Source: an uncultured delta proteobacterium (GTDB lineage Bacteria; Desulfobacterota; Binatia; UBA9968). From it: 64,000 bases of DNA. The position numbers were made by a program, and so were the translations under genes. This document shows, in pieces, positions 57,694 through 64,000 of the stretch (positions are counted from its first letter, which is position 1; each line of letters starts with the position of its first letter). Under the pieces are notes generated by a model. That model searched no databases and had not been told where the DNA came from. It saw only the letters and a list, made by a program, of their open reading frames with translations. The stretch covers positions 384,001-448,000 of the forward strand of contig CAVSHR010000009.1 of NCBI GenBank assembly GCA_963727625.1, given 5' to 3'.

Positions 57694-59055
57694 ATGACAT
57701 ACCAATCTGAAAGCGGCGACTTCACGATCGCTCTCGCCGGCGACACCATGCTCACCCGAAAACTTACGCCCTTCAAAGAAAAACGCTTTCTCGCCCTGCG
57801 CGATACTCTGCGCGGCGCCGACGCGGTCTTCGCCAACCTCGAAGGCACGGTGCACACCTGGGACGAAGGCACCCCCGGCATCACCCAGGGAACCTTCATG
57901 ACCACCGTGCCTGAGTTGGTCGAAGATTTAAAATGGCTCGGCGTCAACCTGGTCTCCTGCGCCAACAACCATGCCTACGACTACGGCGAAGGCGGCGTGC
58001 TCGCCAATCTCAATCATCTCGACGCCGCCGGCCTCGCACACGCGGGTACGGGCAGAAATCTCGCCGAGGCGCGCGCGCCAGGTTATTTCGACACACCGAA
58101 CGGGCGGGTGGCGCTGATTGCGATGACCGCGACGTTTCGACCCTGGAATCAAGCCGGCGAGCAGCGGCCGGATTTGCGCGGGCGGCCGGGCATCAATCCA
58201 CTTGGATTCACGACCACCTATAATGTCGATGCCGCCGCCTTCGAGCAGCTGCAGCGACTGAGCCGCGAGCTCGGCCTGGAAAAAAATCAAGAACGGGCGC
58301 GCAAGCATTTTTACAGCGACAAGGAAATCCCTGACGCGAAAGCGGCCGAGTTAAGCCTGCTCGGCCATCGCTATCGGCCGGGCGAAGGATTCTCGATCAC
58401 GACCAAGGCTAACGATCGCGATCTGCAGGATAATCTCCGCTGGCTGCGCGAAGCGCGCCGCCAGGCCGACTGGGTCGTGGTCAGCGCTCACTGCCACGAA
58501 TTCGGCGGCGCGAGTTTGTTGACCGCAAGCACCCGCGCCGAACTGGAAGAGAGCGCCGACTTCGTCAGCAAATTCGCCCACCAGGCGATCGACGCCGGCG
58601 CCGATGTGTTCGTCGGCCACGGCTCGCATTTTCCCATGGGGATCGAGATCTACAAGGGCAAGCCGATCTTCTACAGCGTCGGCAACTTCATTTTTCAAAA
58701 CGAGACCGTCGGCTTTTTCCCCGCCGACGCCTACGAGCGCTTCGATCTCGACCTAAAAGCTACGCCGTCGGATTTCCTCGACGCCAGAACCGCCGGCGGC
58801 AAGAAAGGCCACCCGAGCGATCCGGCCTATTGGGAAAACATGTTTGCCGTCTGCGAGTTCGCTGGCGGCAAGCTCAAAGAGATGAAAATTCATCCCATTG
58901 ACCAAGGCTTCGGCCGCCCCCGCCCCCAACGCGGCCGCCCCGTGCTCGCCGAAGGCGAAGTGGCCGAGCGCGTTATCAATCGAGTAACAAGGTTATCGCA
59001 AAGATACGGAACAAAGATTGCCCGCCGCGGCGACATGGGCGTGATTGAGCTCTAG
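57694..59055 (+). CDS. CapA-family (poly-gamma-glutamate synthesis-like) metallophosphoesterase
   Basis: GDTM; NLEG; ANNHAYDYG; SAHCHE; GHGSH; YSVGNF. Confidence 0.9.
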   Translation: MTYQSESGDFTIALAGDTMLTRKLTPFKEKRFLALRDTLRGADAVFANLEGTVHTWDEGTPGITQGTFMTTVPELVEDLKWLGVNLVSCANNHAYDYGEGGVLANLNHLDAAGLAHAGTGRNLAEARAPGYFDTPNGRVALIAMTATFRPWNQAGEQRPDLRGRPGINPLGFTTTYNVDAAAFEQLQRLSRELGLEKNQERARKHFYSDKEIPDAKAAELSLLGHRYRPGEGFSITTKANDRDLQDNLRWLREARRQADWVVVSAHCHEFGGASLLTASTRAELEESADFVSKFAHQAIDAGADVFVGHGSHFPMGIEIYKGKPIFYSVGNFIFQNETVGFFPADAYERFDLDLKATPSDFLDARTAGGKKGHPSDPAYWENMFAVCEFAGGKLKEMKIHPIDQGFGRPRPQRGRPVLAEGEVAERVINRVTRLSQRYGTKIARRGDMGVIEL

Positions 59056-59329
59056 AGTTAGCTCGGTCGGATTTAGCGACCGCAGCGTTTCCCAAGGCCT
59101 CTCCCCCCCGGCGCCAGGTGTATCCATCGATCGAGAGAGCGCAATTTAAAGCGCCGGAGAGGGTGGACTGCGATTCGCGAGGCCTTATTTGCTTTTTGAT
59201 CCAGGGCTGAACCCCAGATCGTTCCTACATTGCTGACATATCTGGGCATAATCTCAATGCGTTCGATGCGGCACTACGCAACTTAACTGGTATTTGAGTA
59301 TACAACGGTTTTCTGCGGCAAGAAGCAAC

Positions 59330-59357
59330 TGGTCGGGGCGAGTGGGTTTGAACCAAC
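59330..59357 (-). other. tRNA-Pro-like 3' fragment (att-site remnant)
   Basis: Minus strand reads GTTGGTTCAAACCCACTCGCCCCGACCA (T-loop, acceptor 3' strand and CCA); no 5' half. Confidence 0.6.
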
Positions 59358-59558
59358 ACTATGCCAGCGACAGTATCTGAAACATCTGATGTTTAAAGCG
59401 ATTTCGTATGCTTAGGGCAAGTCCACGCGAGATCTTGCCAATGTCTCAACCATTGAGTCCTGCAAAAACCGCAAGGGCTTTGGCTAGCGCCCCCGCGAAA
59501 GGTAATTGCCTGGTTGCAAAACATTGTTGACCCTAGCGACCGCTCCCTGCTAATTACG

Positions 59559-60245
59559 ATGGCTATGGATCGTAAAAAACGAATCATCGCCGTCGGAGCC
59601 GCAGGCCCCGGCTTCGACGAAGCCCCGGATCCTCCGGCACCCGCGATTCGGACAGAACCCGCAACACAGGAGGCCGGCCCCGGCTGGACGGTGGTTTGTG
59701 AGGTCGGCGACGATGCTGTCGTGAAAGTATCCCAACGCGACCATATGCTGGCACGCATCGACGCCGCCAAGCGCGAGATTCTGACTGCCGACAGCATGGT
59801 CAAGCTGATGGCTTTTCGGAACAAGGCCGACGCGATTCGGCAGCTGGTTAGAGCCTCGCGAGACATGCAGCTCATCAACTTAGCCAACGAGCTCAAATTC
59901 AGATGTGAAACCCAGCTCGGAGAGATGCTGCGTGAGACGCGGCTAAGCAAGGGCGGCAGACCATCGAAAACCATTCCTGACATGAGGAATGGTTTTACTC
60001 TTCGCGAGCTCGGCATCGACAAGAACCTCTCATCATGGTGTCAGCGTCTCGCCGGCGCGCCAAAGGATAAATTCGAGCGGGTTATGACAGAGGCGCGAAC
60101 CGGCGAATGGGAGCTGACACGCCACAGCGTAAAAAAGTTTCTGCTGGGATGCCCGCCGGCGGGCCTTAAGAACTACGAGGAAGGCGTGGAACCGCAATAT
60201 CGCTGCCCTTCCTGCGGCTTTGCTTGGCGAGGGAAGCCTAAGTGA
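59559..60245 (+). CDS. Phage-like hypothetical protein with C-terminal CxxC ribbon
   Basis: GEML...KGGRPS...TLRELGIDKNLSS..QRLA; YRCPSCGF.W. Confidence 0.55.
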   Translation: MAMDRKKRIIAVGAAGPGFDEAPDPPAPAIRTEPATQEAGPGWTVVCEVGDDAVVKVSQRDHMLARIDAAKREILTADSMVKLMAFRNKADAIRQLVRASRDMQLINLANELKFRCETQLGEMLRETRLSKGGRPSKTIPDMRNGFTLRELGIDKNLSSWCQRLAGAPKDKFERVMTEARTGEWELTRHSVKKFLLGCPPAGLKNYEEGVEPQYRCPSCGFAWRGKPK

Positions 60246-60508
60246 ACGGGCTGATGTAAAGCCAGTAAACTAAGATTTCACCGCTATGTTCTTTATTTAG
60301 TCGAGGGGCGACGCTCATTGCGTTTATGGAGGGCGCGGAACTGTCGTGCAAAGAACTATGACGGTGATTCTACGCCTTAGCCCAGCCGGTGATGTCCAGC
60401 ACGGGATAAATCCCAATTGCAGAGATTGTTATGTCGGCAGACCCGGCTATCTCTTATAAATGATGGCAACTTCAGAGAAACTAGGAATGTCCCTTTTTCA
60501 TCCCCCGC

Positions 60509-60763
60509 CTAGGACTTCACAATTCTTAGCTTTGCGCGTTTTCGGTGCGCGAGACGTGCTCTGGCCTTGTCGGCGATCGCGTCTGCGGCCGCTTCGGCGT
60601 CCTTGATCGTTCGTTCGATTCTATCGGGAGCGATACCCCGGCAAATCAGGCTATCGATAACAGTTTTCTGCCGCAGCGACTTGAGCGCTTTCCTTATTAG
60701 TCTTGCCTCCGCCAACATCTCTTTTGGAATATTCGTCATTACGATCAGTTTATCGGTTTCCAT
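60509..60763 (-). CDS. Hypothetical protein (84 aa, helical)
   Basis: ATG-started ORF with natural composition ending LRIVKS. Confidence 0.45.
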   Translation of the reverse strand: METDKLIVMTNIPKEMLAEARLIRKALKSLRQKTVIDSLICRGIAPDRIERTIKDAEAAADAIADKARARLAHRKRAKLRIVKS

Positions 60764-60933
60764 CTACGGTGCAAATCTGACCGGCGTCCTCGGCTCCAGT
60801 CGCGCAAATACAAAAAACTCTGTTCGTGAACGGGGCGAGCGGATTTGTTTGACTGTTGGCGACGGTCTCGGATAGTTTCCATGCTGTACCGCCCGAGCGG
60901 TGGAAAACAGAAGAAAATTGGAGGGAAAAGAAA

Positions 60934-61224
60934 ATGATCTCGCAGATTCGCATTTACACGATCAATAAGGGTGAGATGGATAATTTTCTCAAGCACTTCA
61001 AAGAGGACATCATGGTGCTGCACCAAAAGATCGGCGTCCCCATCGTCGGCACCTGGGTGAATCGGCCGCAAAACGAATTTATTTGGGTCAGAACCTACAA
61101 AGATAAAGCGGAGCTCGAAGCGAAGAACAAAGAGTTCCAAGCCGCGGTCGCCGCCGCCGGAGTCAAACTTGGCGGCAACGTTGCGAAGATGGAAGTGCGC
61201 GAGGCCGAGTCGGCGTTTGCGTAG
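60934..61224 (+). CDS. NIPSNAP-family protein
   Basis: GGAGG RBS; QIRIYTI..GEM..F..HF; GTW......FIWVR.Y. Confidence 0.75.
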   Translation: MISQIRIYTINKGEMDNFLKHFKEDIMVLHQKIGVPIVGTWVNRPQNEFIWVRTYKDKAELEAKNKEFQAAVAAAGVKLGGNVAKMEVREAESAFA

Positions 61225-61566
61225 AGGCGGGTTACCCGGCGGTCACCGGCAGCGGCACGCCCATAGACGGATGTTAGGACAGGCCGACACTTTGCGGCTC
61301 GTCGTAGACGACCTGATTCAGTAGACTCCGGTCGTCGAGTCATTCAAGTGATGACGCACAAACTGCGTCAACGCCACCCTGACCCCTCACGTTTTCCCGA
61401 TGAGCCATGAATCGATGAATATGTTTACCAATTAACTGTCCGTCAAAGCCGGGATAGCTCAACCTGAGCCACATTCCCTGTTCTCTCCTTGCTGTCCGGG
61501 CAAATGGCGGACGTAGAGAGAATCTTTGATTTTGCTGGCTGAGCTATCCTATCTAAGGAACCACTG

Positions 61567-62691
61567 ATGGATTTTCACGCGTTTCTTTACGCTGTCGTCG
61601 GCCGGCGCGAAGAATTAGAGCGTGGGATGGCGGGGAAAGATCCAATATTATTTCAACGTATGTTGAATGAGATTGGAACTTACGCTCGACTGTGTGACGA
61701 AGCCGGCTACGCGGGTCTTGGGTTACCGGAGCATCACTTGCAGATCGAGGGCTTCGAGGCAGCGCAAGAGCCGGGGCTGCTGGCGCTGTATATCGGCATG
61801 CAGACCAAGAAACTGCGGCTCGACCAGTTTGGTTACGTGCTGCCCACCCATAATCCTCTGCGCGTAGCGGAGCATGCCGCCACTCTCGATCACCTGCTCG
61901 GTGGCCGTCTGAACGTAGCCTTTGTGCGCGGCTATCAGGCTCGCTGGTTCCAAAACTTTGCCGCGCTTCCGGGCATCAAAGCTGTAGGGGCTTGGAATCA
62001 ACGAACCCAAGAAGATCAAGCCAACCGCGAACTGTTCGAGGAGTGTGTCGACATCATCCTCACGGCTTGGCGCAAAGACACCTTCGCCTATAACGGTAAG
62101 TACTGGTCCTATCCCGCTGAAACCCGACTGCCGTACGATCATCCCGCGTATTATACCTATGGCCGGGGGGTCGGGCGGGATGGAACCGTGAAAGAAATCG
62201 GTATTGCGCCTCGCCCATTGCAGCAGCCCATTCCATTATACGGCGGCTTCACCAACAGTTTGCGAACGGTGCTGTATTGGGCGCGAGTCGGCGGCAAGCC
62301 GATCATCATGTCCGACAACATGGAATTCTGTGAGCTCTGTTGGAGTACCTACCGCGACGAGGCGGAGCGTTGCGGCCGCCGTGTTGCCGAGGGCGACGAG
62401 GCAGCTTGGGGAGGCTACCTGGTATTGGCCGAATCCAAAAGCGAGGCCGAAGCCTGGGCCGAGGATTGTCTATGGTATTGGAAAACCTGGTACGCACCCT
62501 ACGGCCGGGGTCTTCCACCCTTGCTCGTGGGCGATGTCGATACAATTTGCCGCAAACTCGATGCTGTCAGCCGACATGTCAAATCAAACGAGGTATTCCT
62601 GCAATTTGGCCAGGGGATTTTGGAACCTGACAAGTGTCTCAAGACGCTGGAGTTGTTCGCGGATAAAGTGATGCCTCGTTTCCGGGCTTAG
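61567..62691 (+). CDS. LLM-class (luciferase-like) monooxygenase
   Basis: LPEHHLQ.EG; HNPLRVAE..ATLDHL..GRL; LELFADKVMP.F. Confidence 0.9.
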   Translation: MDFHAFLYAVVGRREELERGMAGKDPILFQRMLNEIGTYARLCDEAGYAGLGLPEHHLQIEGFEAAQEPGLLALYIGMQTKKLRLDQFGYVLPTHNPLRVAEHAATLDHLLGGRLNVAFVRGYQARWFQNFAALPGIKAVGAWNQRTQEDQANRELFEECVDIILTAWRKDTFAYNGKYWSYPAETRLPYDHPAYYTYGRGVGRDGTVKEIGIAPRPLQQPIPLYGGFTNSLRTVLYWARVGGKPIIMSDNMEFCELCWSTYRDEAERCGRRVAEGDEAAWGGYLVLAESKSEAEAWAEDCLWYWKTWYAPYGRGLPPLLVGDVDTICRKLDAVSRHVKSNEVFLQFGQGILEPDKCLKTLELFADKVMPRFRA

Positions 62692-62776
62692 TGTCATCTC
62701 CTGTGACTTTGATGGTTGGTCTCGATGCTTTCACAGACTTTGTTTAGAGAAAATTTACCACTAAAAAGGAGTCGCT

Positions 62777-64000
62777 ATGTCTAACGATGCAAACCCGAAT
62801 CCGCTTGGCTCAAATCAAGTTCCATCGCGGCGATTCCTCGAGCCATCCGCCACATTTGTGCCCTTTCTCCGTGAGGATATCGAGCAATCCATCCCCGCGC
62901 GCTTCGAGCAAATCGTGCGCCGCTATCCCGATCGACTGGCGATCAAGACATCGCAGCATAACTGGACCTACGACCTATTGAACCGGGAAGCGAATCGCCT
63001 CGCCCACGCGCTTTTAGGGCGTGCCGGCGGCGGCAGATCTACCGTCGTTACCGTGATCGAACAGAGCGCGCCGCTCATCGCTGCCTATCTGGGTGCAATG
63101 AAAGCGGGAAAAATCGCCGTGGTGCTCGATCCGTCCCAGCCGTCTTCACGGCTCGCCGAGTTCATGGAAGAAAGCGAACCGACATGCGTCGTGACCAATG
63201 CCAACCAGTTTGCTCAGGCAGCGGAACTGGCCGGCTCGACCTGCCCGGTCATCAGGGCGGACCAGCTTCCGGCAGACCTTTCCGACATCAATCCTGACGC
63301 TCGATGCGCACCGGCCGACCCGGCGATGATTCTTTACACTTCCGGTTCGACGGGAAGACCCAAGGGGGTGATTGGCGATCACCGTAGTTGGATTCACAAC
63401 GCCCAAAGCTATGCCAACGCCTTTTACATCTGTTGCGAAGACCGCGTCACTCTGCTTTCGCTGGGAACCTCCCAGGCGGTGAAAAACATTTGCATGGCAC
63501 TCCTAAACGGCGCGGCGCTTTTTCCTTTCGAAGTGCGCCAAAGGGGCTTGGAAGAATTCTTGGCGCTGCTCGAACGCGAAAAGATTACCATCACGGTCAT
63601 GGGCGCCTCTCTATTCCGGTCGCTCGCCGATGTGCTTCCGAAGCCCGAACATCTGACCGATCTCCGTTTGATTCGTCTGGGCAGCGAACCGGTACAAAAA
63701 ACCGATCTGGATCTCTATAAAAAACATTTTCCATCCCATTGTTTGCTGGTGAACGGCCTGGCCTCCGGAGAAACCCAGACCACCAGATTCTATTGCATGG
63801 ACCACCGGAGCGAAATTTCCGCGAGCATCCTGCCCGTGGGTTACCCCATAGAGGATAAAACCATCCTGCTGCTCGACGACCACGGCAAGGAAGTGGCGCC
63901 GGGACAGGTGGGAGAAATCGTCGTTAAAAGCGAATATCTCGCGCCGGGTTATTGGCGTAATCCCGAGCTGACCGAAGCCGTTTTTCGCCCCGGTGAAACG
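62777..64000 (+). CDS. AMP-binding/NRPS-type adenylation domain protein, 3'-truncated by window edge (absent from ORF track)
   Basis: AAGGAG RBS, ATG 62777, frame open to the end: SIPARFEQIVRRYPDRLAI, WTY..LNREANRLAH, ILYTSGSTGRPKGV, GEIVVKSEYLAPGYWRNPELT. Confidence 0.88.
   Translation, partial: MSNDANPNPLGSNQVPSRRFLEPSATFVPFLREDIEQSIPARFEQIVRRYPDRLAIKTSQHNWTYDLLNREANRLAHALLGRAGGGRSTVVTVIEQSAPLIAAYLGAMKAGKIAVVLDPSQPSSRLAEFMEESEPTCVVTNANQFAQAAELAGSTCPVIRADQLPADLSDINPDARCAPADPAMILYTSGSTGRPKGVIGDHRSWIHNAQSYANAFYICCEDRVTLLSLGTSQAVKNICMALLNGAALFPFEVRQRGLEEFLALLEREKITITVMGASLFRSLADVLPKPEHLTDLRLIRLGSEPVQKTDLDLYKKHFPSHCLLVNGLASGETQTTRFYCMDHRSEISASILPVGYPIEDKTILLLDDHGKEVAPGQVGEIVVKSEYLAPGYWRNPELTEAVFRPGET

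Noticed and set aside
59330-59400. Complete tRNA gene
   Set aside because: Only the T-loop and acceptor 3' strand are present; no anticodon/D arm or matching 5' strand

Overview
Bacterial genomic window, moderately GC-rich. The gene repertoire resembles Deltaproteobacteria/Ca. Binatia, which is an inference only. (1) ~0.5-26.8 kb is an accessory island bracketed by toxin-antitoxin-type pairs. It holds four paralogous aldonolactone-oxidase-like FAD enzymes (one frameshifted, one fused to four Trp-rich beta-propeller blades, one with a PxPPxNL tail) and a broken lipoxygenase with atypical metal ligands. It also holds two TonB-dependent receptor + YfiR cassettes with identical YfiR but loop-diverged receptors, one YfiN-type (CHASE8-like/HAMP) hybrid histidine kinase, two receiver proteins, a MinD/ParA-like ATPase and a cNMP-DASS transporter. 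This is the best candidate for an undescribed system. (2) 26.8-35.7 kb is an RpiR-regulated catabolic cluster: cupin, two LLM oxidoreductases, a hydrolase and a three-subunit Mo-hydroxylase. (3) 36-44.5 kb holds mixed housekeeping and transport genes. (4) 44.7-57.3 kb is a nuo operon lacking nuoB and nuoI. (5) 57.7-64 kb holds a CapA-family gene, a tRNA-Pro 3' remnant with phage-like ORFs, NIPSNAP, an LLM monooxygenase and a truncated adenylation-domain gene. No CRISPR array, rRNA, complete tRNA, integrase or transposase was seen. All assignments come from motif recognition by eye; no searches were run.
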